Of a DNA stretch of 64,000 nt, positions 8,584-19,652 are shown piece after piece. How positions within the stretch are numbered: position 1 is the stretch's first letter; every line of letters starts with the position of its first letter. Under the pieces are notes generated by a model. It worked only from the letters and a program-made list of their open reading frames with translations, did no database searches and was not told where the DNA came from. Both the position numbers and the translations under genes were made by a program. The stretch is from Thermoproteota archaeon (GTDB lineage: Archaea; Korarchaeota; Korarchaeia; Korarchaeales; Korarchaeaceae). The stretch is from positions 1 through 64,000 of the forward strand of contig JALSOH010000009.1 of the NCBI GenBank assembly GCA_026986575.1. Direction: 5' to 3'.

Positions 8584-9333
8584 ATGAAAATCAGTGACTT
8601 GGTGGAGGGTCTCCCGCCAACCGAGAAGCTGTACTTGGTGGACTCTTACTTAAGAAAAGCACCTACAAAACTGATAAGGGTGGTCAAGGAGAAGGGAAGC
8701 AGGTACTACGTGGTCCCAGCCCACTCTATATTTCATCCATTGGGAGGGGGGCAGCCTAGCGATAGGGGGTGGCTGACTGGCGACGTGAGGTTCGAGGTGA
8801 AGAAAGCGCTGGAAAGCGGAGGAGTAATCGTCCTCTATGGAAAGCTGGTGGAGGGCGAGCTCGTCGAGGGCATGGAGGTCACTCAAGAGCTGGACTGGGA
8901 GAGGAGGTACTACATAATGAGGCTTCACACCGCCGGCCATGTAATAGACAGGGCCGTTTCCGACGTGGTGGGTCGACGAGTTAACACTCTGGGTGCCCTT
9001 CACGGCCCGCCCAAGGCATACGTGGAGTATGGCGCCAGGATGGATGACCTCCTCCTCGGCGAGATAGAGGAGAGGGCGAATGAACTCTTGGATGAGAGAC
9101 GGGTCCTCATTCTGGAGGTCAGCAGGGATGAGCTCCCCAGCAAGATTTACGGCGCGCCCAATCTAGGAAGGCTTCCCGAAATGGACAGGTACAGGGTCGT
9201 TGAGATAGAAGGAGTGAACGCCATTCCCTGCTCCGGGACCCACGTGAAAAACACCTCCGAGATAGGTAGCATCAGACTGCTGGGGCTAGAGGAGATAGAG
9301 GGCGGAGTACGTCTCTTTTACGACGTTAAGTAG
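8584..9333 (+). CDS. alaX: Alanyl-tRNA editing protein AlaX-M
   Basis: FHPLGGGQPSDRG, HTAGH and CSGTH Zn motifs. Confidence 0.92.
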   Translation: MKISDLVEGLPPTEKLYLVDSYLRKAPTKLIRVVKEKGSRYYVVPAHSIFHPLGGGQPSDRGWLTGDVRFEVKKALESGGVIVLYGKLVEGELVEGMEVTQELDWERRYYIMRLHTAGHVIDRAVSDVVGRRVNTLGALHGPPKAYVEYGARMDDLLLGEIEERANELLDERRVLILEVSRDELPSKIYGAPNLGRLPEMDRYRVVEIEGVNAIPCSGTHVKNTSEIGSIRLLGLEEIEGGVRLFYDVK

Positions 9334-9488
9334 AATCTTATCCCGGCTCCCTCAATTGACTAGGACCGTCCTCACGCTCCGAACGGGTTCGGCTCCTTTC
9401 GTTGAAGGGTCCTCCAAGCGAGGAAACGGATGCGCCTGTCGATGGGATCTTTTTATACTATCACAGCATTAATCCGCAGGTGCAGAGC

Positions 9489-9905
9489 ATGAGCGAATCG
9501 ATTCCCGTGATGCAGGTTAAAAGTTTTATCAAGAGGACCGAGCCCGTCACCATACTCCCAGATGCCTCCCTGAGAGAGGCTGCTAGGAAGATGGCGGATG
9601 AGAAGGTTGGTTTCCTCGTTGTGGTTGATCCGAGCGATCCCATGAGGGTTTTAGGCGTGCTCTCAGAGAGAGACATAATAAATGCCTTCGGCTACGGGAA
9701 GGATGACTCGAAGGTCAGGGACGTGATGAAGACCGATGTAATCTCGGTCAGGTACGACGACACCGTCTACAAGGCAGCTAGACTTCTCAGCGAGAATAAC
9801 ATAAGGCACCTCGTGGTGTTGGACGAGGAGGGGAAGCTGAAGGGGGTCCTTTCCATAAAGGACCTCGCCTACGGTGAGGGGGCCTTGTTCTCCATAATCT
9901 TCTGA
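9489..9905 (+). CDS. Tandem CBS-domain protein
   Basis: GVLSERDI and IRHLVVLDEEGKLKGVLSIKD. ATG 9489 preferred. Confidence 0.88.
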   Translation: MSESIPVMQVKSFIKRTEPVTILPDASLREAARKMADEKVGFLVVVDPSDPMRVLGVLSERDIINAFGYGKDDSKVRDVMKTDVISVRYDDTVYKAARLLSENNIRHLVVLDEEGKLKGVLSIKDLAYGEGALFSIIF

Positions 9906-9973
9906 TCCCATCCCTTCCCGCCGAGGGAATTTTTTAATCAATAATTTTTTATTTCCTATAGGTTAAATAAATT

Positions 9974-12184
9974 GTGAATTCGCGGAATTCTCTCTTCTTA
10001 GTGATTATGATAGTATTTATGCTCCTCTTTCCCTCCCAGATCCCTACCAGACAGGAGATAATCTTAGAGAGTAACTCAGAACTAGTCATCTTGAGTAACT
10101 CGATCGACATAGGTTTGGCTGGAGACTTTCTTGAGGAGATGAGACAGCTTGGATTCGATGTTGTGAGCCTCCATCCCTCCCAATTCTCCACCCAGAGGAT
10201 GGCCGACCTGATAATCATTCTGGGCGGACCAGATGCCTACGAGGGAACTGGGGGAATAGTGGGATCACTCCTCAACTCCTCCATGATGTCAACGGTCAGG
10301 AAACGGGATGCGAGTTTCCTTCTAGAGTTGCACGATGTCTGGAAGGAGGGACAGATGGTCCTAATCGCTATGGGCTGCAATAGAAACGGCACTAGGAGGG
10401 CCTATCAAGAGGGGTACGATAGGATCCTCTCTACAATTGCCCCGCGCCTCCAGCTCGGAGGTGAGGTCAGGATCAAGGGGAAGGTAATCACCTCGTCCCT
10501 GAAGCTGGGTCCGGATACGACGGTTCACCTAGATGGAGACACGATGATCGTCTCCTTGGGCCCCTTGGAAATGACTGGAAGGGTTGTGGGGGAGTGCGCA
10601 GCTCTAGCTCTGATCTCCTCGTCTAACATCACCCTACAAGGTGAGGTGAATAACTCATGCCCATCCCACCCTCCTGAAGCGATACCTCCGAATCAAAGCA
10701 CGGAAAACGTTATCCTGCCCGGCGTACTCGTGTGGGGAGCTGGGAACGTCACGATAAAGGCAAACATCACCACCAGTGGGGAGATAATGGTTTCCGGAGG
10801 CCCGAACCCTTTAGAGGTCGGTAAGAGGCTAGAGAGCGGTCAGAATCTCAGTGGAGCATCTCATGTGCCTCCTAGTCAGGGAAACAAGCCGAAATGGCTC
10901 CCTTGGGTGCCGCCCAATCCTGTAAAACAGCAACAGCCGTTCAAGAACTTCGTAGTAGTGAAGAACTCGAAGTTCGTCCAGAGGGGGCAGAGGCGGCTGC
11001 GTGTGGCAGCGGCTCTTTAGACCCAAGAAGAGCTGGGTGCTCACGGCTTGGGGAGGTATCTACCTCAAGAACAGCTATTTCAAGTCGAGGGACGGTAGGA
11101 GCGGGTGTAACAGGACTGCTGATGGTAAGGCCGTTGCGGGTAGCGGGGAGCACGGAGTGGGCCTCTCGATGTTCGTTGAGGGCTTTAAACTCGGCCTAGG
11201 ACCGAGAGGGAACTTGGTAGTGGAGGATACGACCTTCAGGACCGGTAACGGCGGGAAGGGTGGAACCGCGATCGCCTTCCTTGGGAGGGATGGGAACGCC
11301 GAGGCGAAAGGTGGACCTGGCGGCTGGGGAGGCGAGTCCCTGATCGATGTGGATGGCTACTTGGAATTCAAGGGGACGGGCAAGGTAATCCTAGGTGGAG
11401 GAGGCAGGGGAGGAGATGCGATGGCCTCAGGAGCCAAGGGAGAGGGTGGCTGTCCTGGACGTAACGGCGGGGATGCGACGGCGGAGGCGGGAGATGGCGG
11501 AGGTGGATCCTACCGAGTGGTATCAGGTAGCTTCAGAGGTCCCGTTCCCTCGATAAGCGGAGGAATGGCCGGAAACGGAGGTGACGCTGGGACCATACCG
11601 GGTGATGGGGGTGACGGGAACGCCACTTCCTGCGACGGAGGTATGGGAGGTAAGGCTAAGGCGATAGCGGTAAAGGCGGTAATGCCGTACTTACTGCGCC
11701 CAGCGGAATCATCCCAGCATCGGGCTTCGAGGGAGGAAATGGAGGAAAAGCCTTTATATCTGGAGGAAACGGTGGGGGCGGAGCAACCGGGTGTATCTAC
11801 GGGAGCGAGATCTTCAAGGAAGGTGGCAAGGGAGGTAAAGGAGGTAACGTGACTGCTAAATCGGGAAACCACGGTATTGGAACACTGGGGAACGGGAAGG
11901 ACGGGACTGTCGAAGTGAAATCAGCCTCCAACGGCGGGAATGGTGGGGATGGAAATCCACCCGGCATTGGAGGGCTACCGGGCTCCGAGAACATAACTGA
12001 CCCGAGCGGAAAGACGTCCATCAAGGATTCATTCATTAGAGGACAGGCGGGAAATCCGTGTCTCGGGTCTATCTATCCCGGTCGTGCCATCAGGCTGGAA
12101 ATTGGTATTCCATGTGTTGATATGGGGGTCAGAACCCCCGACCCCCCTCAGGCTAGACTACCCTCCTCAGGTCCCTCAGCTTGA
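9974..12184 (+). pseudogene. Frameshifted secreted/surface protein: S-layer-like domain plus PGRS-like Gly-rich region
   Basis: Signal peptide and IILGGPDAY domain, then three consecutive frames. Restoring one G at about 11667-11670 continues the GGxGG repeats (GKGGNAVL...GGNGGGG...GGKGGKGGNVT). Another shift lies between 10962 and 11020. Confidence 0.7.
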
Positions 12185-13403
12185 CGCTGCCTAGGATGCT
12201 CCCGAGTATATCCGGCGGATAGTCTCCGAGGCCCACGATGACAGCCTTGCTCCTAGGCCAGACCACATCGGCCTCCAATGATATCTCGTAGTGTATCGCG
12301 AATTCGCTAGCGGGGACCTTGGCACGCACCTCCTCCCCAGGGAAGAGCACCTTGTTTACCTTGACCTCCTGATCGCCGCTCACAAGCTTTTCCACCTTGA
12401 TTGGTCTCTCCCATATATTCTTCATCATCGCCTCCTCGCCCTTCACCTCCACACCCAAATGATCTCCCAGCTGCAGGTACCTGCCGAACACCTTCACTAA
12501 GGGGACACTCCTGACGGTTCCCGAGAAGGTGGCTATCATCTGGAGCCTGTAGTCCACATCCAACACGTACAGGTACTTATCAGAGTACTCGGCCAGCACT
12601 CCTTGGTAAAGCTTCCTCTCACCCTCCACATCGTCAACCCTCACCGTGACTAGCCTACCTATACTGTTCTCTAACAGAGGATCGTAGGTCTGGGCGATCA
12701 GGGAGGTCACAGCTTTCTTTTCTGCCTCTTCCAAGTGGGCCCTCAGATCCTTGGGGACCGCAGGAGTCACCACGCTGACCGTGGATGTGAGGGACGAGGC
12801 CACCTTGTCCTTGACGTAGCTCAGGGCGTTGTAAACCTTCCTCTTGAACCTCTTGAGGAAGGGCCTACTGTAGAGCGAGGTGAACTCCTTCCACCTCCTC
12901 TTCCTCTCCTCTTCGCTCATGAAGTCCACGAAGCTCGCTATCATCCACAGATCTCCCAGCTCGTTGGAGTAGACCTTCCTAGAGACGAGGCTGGGAGGGG
13001 CCCAGGGATCTATCTTCACGTCCTCTATCTCGACATCCTGCTCCAACACACCCTTTTCCTTTAAGTAGTCGAGGATTAGCTTAGCCTTCTCAAGGAACCT
13101 CTCGTTCCCAGTCTCGTGGTAGTTCTCCACGAGGAACGCGACGAGGGACAGGGGATTCTCAACGGCAGCATCCTCGTAGAACACCTCGAACCCACCCTTA
13201 CTCCTAGGTGGGATGTGAAGCCTGCCATAGTGCGCCTCCTTGCCTAGGAAGACGAAGGCCCTCCTCCCTCTAACCAGCTTCAGGACCCTGTCGATAGAGA
13301 ACATCTCCACTAGGGAGAAGAGTACCGAGAGCACAACACCCAAGCCTAGTAGGTAGAGGAAGGGGGTGAGCTGATCGATAAGGGAGAGGGTCAGGGCCTC
13401 CAA
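12153..13403 (-). CDS. Membrane-anchored hypothetical protein (possible Sm/LSM-like domain)
   Basis: 416-aa ORF, N-terminal TM helix, 4-nt spacing downstream of the peptidase gene. Confidence 0.75.
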   Translation of the reverse strand: MEALTLSLIDQLTPFLYLLGLGVVLSVLFSLVEMFSIDRVLKLVRGRRAFVFLGKEAHYGRLHIPPRSKGGFEVFYEDAAVENPLSLVAFLVENYHETGNERFLEKAKLILDYLKEKGVLEQDVEIEDVKIDPWAPPSLVSRKVYSNELGDLWMIASFVDFMSEEERKRRWKEFTSLYSRPFLKRFKRKVYNALSYVKDKVASSLTSTVSVVTPAVPKDLRAHLEEAEKKAVTSLIAQTYDPLLENSIGRLVTVRVDDVEGERKLYQGVLAEYSDKYLYVLDVDYRLQMIATFSGTVRSVPLVKVFGRYLQLGDHLGVEVKGEEAMMKNIWERPIKVEKLVSGDQEVKVNKVLFPGEEVRAKVPASEFAIHYEISLEADVVWPRSKAVIVGLGDYPPDILGSILGSVKLRDLRRVV

Positions 13404-13407
13404 ACCA

Positions 13408-15306
13408 TCACCTCCCCGCTAGGTGATCATCCAGCCACCTGACTATTCTCTCCAACCTCTCGACCCTGTGCTTCGGCTTCCCTTTTCTGCTGAGGTCGTG
13501 ATCCTCCTCCGGGAAGAGGACCAGCTCCACCTCGACCCCTAATACCTTTAGGGCGGTGAAGAACTGGAGGGCCTGATCCAACCAGCACCTGTAGTCGTTC
13601 AAGCTGTGTATTACGAGGGTAGGCGTCCTCACTTTGGCCACATAAGCTAGGGGACTCTTCTCCCAGTAAGTCTCGAAGTTCTCCCAAGGGTGGCCCCCTA
13701 TCTGATCGGGGTTGAAGAAGAACCCTATGTCCGTGGTCCCATACTCGCTTATCCAGTTGCTTATCCCCCTCATCGTCACCGCAGCCCTGAACCTGTGGGT
13801 ATGTCCTATGATCCAGTTCGTCATGAAGCCACCGTAGCTGCCTCCCATCACTGCCAAGCTCTCCGGATCCGCTAGGCCACGGGATACCGCTTCGTCCACA
13901 GCTTCCATCAGGTCTTGGTAGTCCCTCTCCCCGTACCTCTCCCTTATATCCCTGAAGTCCTCACCATACCCCTCGCTTCCCCTTGGATTGACTGCCAGGA
14001 CCGCGTAGCCCTTTTCCCTGAGAAGGTGGAGTTCATGCATGAAAGCGTGTCCGAAAGCAGTTGCCGGACCTCCATGCACGTATAAAACGGTGGGATACGG
14101 CGGGTCACCTTCGGGCCTGTAGAAGAAGCCCTCAACCTCCATTCCATCGCTGGCCTTGAATCTGAACTCCTCCGGCTTCTTTAACCCGACTCTACTCAAG
14201 AATCCCTCATTAAAATGCGTCAACTTCCTGAGGGAGCCCATTCCCGCTGCTAGAGAGGCTTCGTACAATTCAGCGGGCTCGTCTATCCGCATCGCGGTCA
14301 AGAAGACCCTCCCACTCCTTATGTCGAAGCCCTCTATGGAGATCGGCCCCGATATGACCGATCTTGGATTGCCGTCGCTCTCGTAGAGGTGAACGGCCGT
14401 CCCCTCATGCACCAAGAAGTACCACCTGCCGTCCGCCCACCTGGGCCTCGTGTCCATGCCTCCCCTCACGTCGCTGTTCAGGCTGTTCCCCAAGCTCCCG
14501 TCCATGGGAGAGAGGTCAACAGGATCCCATTCATCCACTGAAGTTTCGTACAAGTGCTTGTTGGTAACGAGACCTCTCCTCTTGTCGTGTCCCACCACGG
14601 CAAGGGCCCTTCCGTCGCCTCGCCAGCTAACTTGGGTGAGGTACCAATTACCGGGCCCGATCTCCCTCACATCCTCCCCGTAAATATCTGAGACGAATAG
14701 GCTTACATCCAACTGCTTGGATCTGTCCTTAAGAACGAGGAACGCTACCTCTCTTCCGTCGGGAGAGGGCACGAAGTCCTTCACGTGCAGCTCGGGAGGA
14801 GAGATGGGCCACGTCTCGCCTGTGTTCAGGTCCACCCCCCTCAACCTGTTCACCGACCAGTAGGTCCACCCCTTCCCGTTCCACCAGAATGGGATCTCCC
14901 TAATAGTCTTCACATCCTCTTCCTTCTTTCCCTCAACGAACAGGGCTACCCCGATATCCTTGAACGCCCACTCCGCCCCCTCTATGCTGTTCTCATGCTT
15001 CAACACCTTGTACTCGGGGTATTCGCCGGTCCACACGTAGAGCTCGTTCCCATCATCAGTACCCCTGATGAAGAGGAATCTACTTCCACCAGGCTCCCAC
15101 GACGGATTTCCGTCCTTAGGACCTTCAGTCAACGGGAAGATCCTTCCTGAAACGGTATCGTACCCCCATATCCTGTAATCGTACTCGTTATCCTCTAGAA
15201 GAGCTCTTCCCACGCGGAACGCAACGAACTTCCCGTCCTGCCTCGCCCTCGGCGGTCCCATCAGGACTAGCTTGGAGAAGTCATCTAGTAGCAGCGACCG
15301 CGGCAT
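13408..15306 (-). CDS. S9 family acylaminoacyl/prolyl oligopeptidase
   Basis: Beta-propeller followed by VHGGP, GGSYGG (catalytic Ser), DYRC (Asp) and EDH (His). Confidence 0.95.
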   Translation of the reverse strand: MPRSLLLDDFSKLVLMGPPRARQDGKFVAFRVGRALLEDNEYDYRIWGYDTVSGRIFPLTEGPKDGNPSWEPGGSRFLFIRGTDDGNELYVWTGEYPEYKVLKHENSIEGAEWAFKDIGVALFVEGKKEEDVKTIREIPFWWNGKGWTYWSVNRLRGVDLNTGETWPISPPELHVKDFVPSPDGREVAFLVLKDRSKQLDVSLFVSDIYGEDVREIGPGNWYLTQVSWRGDGRALAVVGHDKRRGLVTNKHLYETSVDEWDPVDLSPMDGSLGNSLNSDVRGGMDTRPRWADGRWYFLVHEGTAVHLYESDGNPRSVISGPISIEGFDIRSGRVFLTAMRIDEPAELYEASLAAGMGSLRKLTHFNEGFLSRVGLKKPEEFRFKASDGMEVEGFFYRPEGDPPYPTVLYVHGGPATAFGHAFMHELHLLREKGYAVLAVNPRGSEGYGEDFRDIRERYGERDYQDLMEAVDEAVSRGLADPESLAVMGGSYGGFMTNWIIGHTHRFRAAVTMRGISNWISEYGTTDIGFFFNPDQIGGHPWENFETYWEKSPLAYVAKVRTPTLVIHSLNDYRCWLDQALQFFTALKVLGVEVELVLFPEEDHDLSRKGKPKHRVERLERIVRWLDDHLAGR

Positions 15307-15407
15307 ATGGGACGGTACCGGGTGAATGATTTAACTATCAGATCCGAGTCGGTAGATGCTCCAAGTGTCCGAAAGCTTAAGCTTCCACAGGCATTCAAAC
15401 ACGACGA

Positions 15408-15700
15408 TCAGGCCTCCGACGCAGTATCACTTGTCCCATGTCCAAAATAACTCATCAACACCTTCACTATGCCTCTCGCCCTTTCAAGGGAGATCTCAGC
15501 TTCTTCCCGACTGGCAAACTTTCCCAAATAGTCTGCTCTCTTCCTAACGTTATAAAACTTCCTGAAATCGCTAGAAAGCTCCTTAAAGCTTTGATTCTCG
15601 AATAGATTAGCCAGCTTACTTCTCTCCTGGGAATTGAAGGCTTTCTAGACCTGAGAGATAAAACCTACCACATCTTAGCGGCGAAGTAGCTTGCTGAGGC
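15408..15700 (-). pseudogene. Degraded HEPN gene remnant
   Basis: Manual translation gives ASYFAAK followed by a stop/shift, then ...SDFRKFYNVRKRADYLGKFASREEAEISLERARGIV (HEPN R..ADY...EEA pattern). No intact start. Confidence 0.5.
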
Positions 15701-15762
15701 ACTCTTATTGTAACTTATTGTAATTTCCAACTTTCAAGTCTATTCTATCTTCTTCTAGCAGT

Positions 15763-16080
15763 CTAGCGGCCTTCTCTACGCTCAAACCCCCTCCCCAGAC
15801 CTGCCTTCTCTATGAAGGCCTCCACTGCAGGATCGTCGGGCGTGGTTATCAGCGGACTTATGGTGTTCTTCTCACTGGACTTCCTCTCCACCTCCCTCTT
15901 CCAGCACCTCCGAGACCATGCACTCATCCCTTCCCTCATGACCACCAGTACGTCGCTCTCGTAGAACAGGGGCTCCTCCTCATCGAGGGCCGCCGACATG
16001 ACGAGCCGATCACCAGCTTTGGAGGAGAGTTTTTCAGCGAAGATCAGAACGGATCTTCCCCAGAGATCCCCGTCCTCCTA
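15763..16080 (-). pseudogene. Degraded nucleotidyltransferase-like partner of the HEPN remnant
   Basis: Open stretch LWGRSVLIFAEKLSSKAGDRLVMSAALDEEEPLFYESDVLVV directly upstream of the HEPN remnant. Confidence 0.35.
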
Positions 16081-16711
16081 ACTAGGAGGCTCAGGAGATG
16101 CATCTAGACAATCTGGGAGGGTGGACCTGAAACCTAATTGCATACCTCTATGCGAGAATCTCCTTAACAGAAAAGGTCCGAGCCATTCACTCAACACTAC
16201 TCAGACTCGAAGCAGATTTCTCAGCGTCCGGCATCTTCCAAGACAATTAGCCGCCCATCAAATCTTAAGGAACTCATTGATTGTTGAGAGGACTCCATCA
16301 TCGCCAGCGGCGATTCTCCTGACTGGAGCACTATGACCTCCCCTCAAGAACGGTGTCCTCATGTGTACACCTCTGGACCTCAGCAGGGAGGCAAAGCACC
16401 TGGCTTGGTGGTTGACCCATCAGTCACTCATTCTCACGACGGATCACTCAGGGTGGATGTGATTAGGATGAATAAAAGGGAGCGTTCCGGTACAAGTAGA
16501 ACACCCAACTGGAGGCATCTGAATCCCCCAAATTACAATTTCGATCCTAGGTAGGCTTGACTCGCCCGTTAGATAGCTTTGGAGAGCTCCGCATGACCCT
16601 AATGTCCCCTAACTATGGAACGGAATCTCGTGCATGGCGCGATCGCGCAAGTAAAAAATGAGAATTTTTAATTCTCAAGCTTTTTATATGGTTGAGAGAA
16701 GGTAACTCTCA

Positions 16712-17932
16712 ATGGAGGAGCTGATCGAGTCCCTCAATCCATGGTGGATGGGCGAGGAAGACCCCGCTCTAGCGAGATGGAGGGCTCTCCGTTTCAAGGT
16801 TGTTCCTAATTGGATACGTAAGCTGTCACTCGACCCCTTCTCACTAAACTTCGTGGTGGGTCCCAGGCAGGTCGGTAAGACTACAGGGATCAAGCTCCTG
16901 ATAAGGGAACTCCTGAATCCGAATTCCATAAACCCAGCATCAATCCTGTACTTGAACTGTGAGATATTCCCCTCCTTCAGGGATCTGCTGGATATCCTGA
17001 GATGGTACTTAGAATTCAGGAGGAGGAAGGGAGCAGGTCACTCCTACATATTCTTGGACGAGGTCACCTCTCTGGAGGGGTGGTGGAGGCCGATCAAGGT
17101 CCTAGTAGACTCAGGAGATCTTCTAGGGGATGTCATAGTTGCAACCGGCTCCTCGTCGATTAAAGTTAGGAGGGACGCCGATTTCTTCCCAGGAAGGAGA
17201 GGAGCGGGAAGGACGGTGGAGGTGATCCCCCTATCATTCAGGGAGTACGCGAGGATGATGGGAGCAGATACAGATAGCCAGGTGAGGAGGGCCTTCCAGG
17301 AGTACTTGGAGGTGGGCGGTTTCCTGTCCAAGATGAACGGCATGCCCGATGCGGAGTTGATAAGTGGATACCTGAACGAGATGGTGAGATTCGGGAAGAG
17401 CCTAGAGATAGTGAAGGAGATCGTGGCATCCCTTTTCAGAAAGGCCCCATCAGCTGTGAGCTACCGCTCCCTCGCTGCCGATACATCGGGTTACTCATAC
17501 AAGGTAGTCCAAACGTATCTGGAATTTCTGAAGGACCTCTATCTGGTAGGAATAGCTTATCTAAAGGATGATGGAGTGAAGTACAGAAAGGAGAGGAAGT
17601 TCTTCTTCAGGGATCCTGCACTAGCTAGGGTGTTCAGTCAGTGGGCAGATCAGAAATTTTTGGAGTCCGCTCTCTACGAATGGGTGGTCCAGGAACACGT
17701 CTACAGGGAGTACGGAAGGGTATTCTACTACAGGAATGGCTACGAAATAGATGTGGTGGCAGATGGCCTCAAGGTAGAAGTGAAGGCGGGAAAGCCGCAC
17801 AGGAGATACCCCAAGGGGGTGATCCTGCTGGACGAGTCCAACATATGGAAATTCCTGCTGGACTTGGGTGGTGATCTCTGGATAGGCGGAGGTGAGGAAC
17901 CCGGTCCCATCGATTTCGATGGGCTTTTGTAG
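16712..17932 (+). CDS. AAA_14/DUF4143 ATPase
   Basis: NPWW, GPRQVGKTT, FLDEV, ATGSS, PGRR, PLSFREY, KFFFRDP, EIDVV...VEVK. Confidence 0.92.
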   Translation: MEELIESLNPWWMGEEDPALARWRALRFKVVPNWIRKLSLDPFSLNFVVGPRQVGKTTGIKLLIRELLNPNSINPASILYLNCEIFPSFRDLLDILRWYLEFRRRKGAGHSYIFLDEVTSLEGWWRPIKVLVDSGDLLGDVIVATGSSSIKVRRDADFFPGRRGAGRTVEVIPLSFREYARMMGADTDSQVRRAFQEYLEVGGFLSKMNGMPDAELISGYLNEMVRFGKSLEIVKEIVASLFRKAPSAVSYRSLAADTSGYSYKVVQTYLEFLKDLYLVGIAYLKDDGVKYRKERKFFFRDPALARVFSQWADQKFLESALYEWVVQEHVYREYGRVFYYRNGYEIDVVADGLKVEVKAGKPHRRYPKGVILLDESNIWKFLLDLGGDLWIGGGEEPGPIDFDGLL

Positions 17933-17950
17933 GAGGACCCAGCTGTTTAG

Positions 17951-19030
17951 ATGGTGGTCCCCCAAAGAGCACTGAAACTCAGGAACATGGAGCTGATACC
18001 TGTCTGGGCTGATTCACTGGGAGCCAAGTCCTTCTGCACCCTCGTCAGAACTCCCGACACCTCCATCGTGGTGGATCCGGGGATAGCGATAATGCATCCC
18101 TCCTTCCCCGCGTCGTGGGAGATGAAGGAGAGGTGGCTGATTGAGGGTTATGAGGCTATTTCCGAGGCAGTGAAGGATGCGGACGTGATAGTCATAACTC
18201 ACTACCATTACGACCACTACACGGACTTCGAAGAGCTCTTCTACAGGGGAAGACTGATCCTAGCCAAGTCCCCGAACGAGTACATAAATGATTCTCAGAG
18301 GGAGAGGGCCCTGCACTTCTTCACCAATCTGTTCTCCATGGAGGGGATCGAGCTCGATGAGGTTATGGAGGAGCCCTCTGAGCTGGAGATCGGAGATCCG
18401 TTGGAGCAGATTCCTCACGCCATGAGTTTGGACTACGCCGACTACTCGGAGAGGAAGAGAGAACTGCTGGATAAGGGGATGAAGTGGTTCTCAAAGAGGG
18501 TCGAGAGGTGGAGGAGGTATGATAGGATACCGGAGCACGATGGCGGGGTCTTCAGGTTGAGGTTCGCCGATGGGAGGGAGTTCACCTTCGGCGAGACCAA
18601 GTTGAGGTTCACTCGGCCCATGTTCCACGGAATTGAGTTCAGCAGGGTCGGCTGGGTTATCGGCTTGACAGTGGAGAGGGCCGGCGAGAAGGTCCTGTAC
18701 ACTTCGGATGTGAACGGGCCCATAATAGAGGACTACGCTGACTGGGTGATAGAGGAAGGACCAAAGGTGGCGCTGATAGACGGGCCGGCCACCTACACCT
18801 TGGGTTACATGCTGAACCGGATAAACCTGGGGAGGGCCGTCGAGAACCTGAAGAGGATAGTCAGGGAGGCCGGATGCGATCTGATCCTGCTGGATCACCA
18901 CCTCCCTAGGGAGCCTAGGTTCAGGGAGAGGCTCAGGGAAGTATACGAGCTGGCTGAAAGAGAAGGGGTTCGCGTTGTCACGGTGGCAGAGCACCATGGA
19001 AAGGTGCCTGTGGTCCTCTCATCTGGCTAG
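17951..19030 (+). CDS. Metallo-beta-lactamase-fold hydrolase (archaeal UPF0282-like)
   Basis: ADSLGAKS, VDPG, ITHYHYDH, TSD, DGPATY, LDHH. Confidence 0.88.
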   Translation: MVVPQRALKLRNMELIPVWADSLGAKSFCTLVRTPDTSIVVDPGIAIMHPSFPASWEMKERWLIEGYEAISEAVKDADVIVITHYHYDHYTDFEELFYRGRLILAKSPNEYINDSQRERALHFFTNLFSMEGIELDEVMEEPSELEIGDPLEQIPHAMSLDYADYSERKRELLDKGMKWFSKRVERWRRYDRIPEHDGGVFRLRFADGREFTFGETKLRFTRPMFHGIEFSRVGWVIGLTVERAGEKVLYTSDVNGPIIEDYADWVIEEGPKVALIDGPATYTLGYMLNRINLGRAVENLKRIVREAGCDLILLDHHLPREPRFRERLREVYELAEREGVRVVTVAEHHGKVPVVLSSG

Positions 19031-19652
19031 GCCCTTTCAGATTCCCGTGATCTCCATCCAACCAAGCGCGCCGCTCGATCTTTGTCCACACTTGAACTTT
19101 AGCTGATTAACGAATCTCTCATGACAGATGACTTAGAGATCTTAGAGAGGAGATAGTAGACCTCTGGAGCGGTGAAGTTTAATAGAAAGGCGGCCACAAT
19201 TGCCTGCTAACTTACAGATTTCATCCTCTATTAGCTGCGTAGACTATTGAAGTGAGATGCTCACCAGATCGAGGTTAGAGATATTCCGAAGTGGTGATGG
19301 GGAGCCTTCACAGAGTGAAAACCCCTGCCAGCGAGGAGGGGGGTACACCCTGCCGGAGAGGGCGCTCACGATACAGGATGTCTACGACCACGCCTGCCTC
19401 TTGACCGAGGATCAGAGGGAGGAACTGTGCAGGGAGTTCTACAAGGTGAATAAGGGGACCTCTGGGGGGACGAGGGTGACGGGACGGAAACTTAGCACAT
19501 CTCCTCATAATGAGGTCCTCCCTCTCCAGCTAACCTGATGGTGCATGCGTAGTGCTCTCGAAGACAGCGACAACACTAGCAAAAACTTGGAGTTCACTGT
19601 GGCCACCCTCTACAAGTATTATAAACTCCAATTTCCATATATACAGGTAGAA

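Noticed and set aside
10962-11020. Programmed ribosomal frameshift in the Gly-rich gene
   Set aside because: No canonical slippery heptamer was found, and at least two independent shifts are needed; decay or assembly error is more parsimonious.
19257-19538. 93-aa ORF
   Set aside because: No recognisable motif; may be a gene remnant, so it cannot be supported as a CDS.
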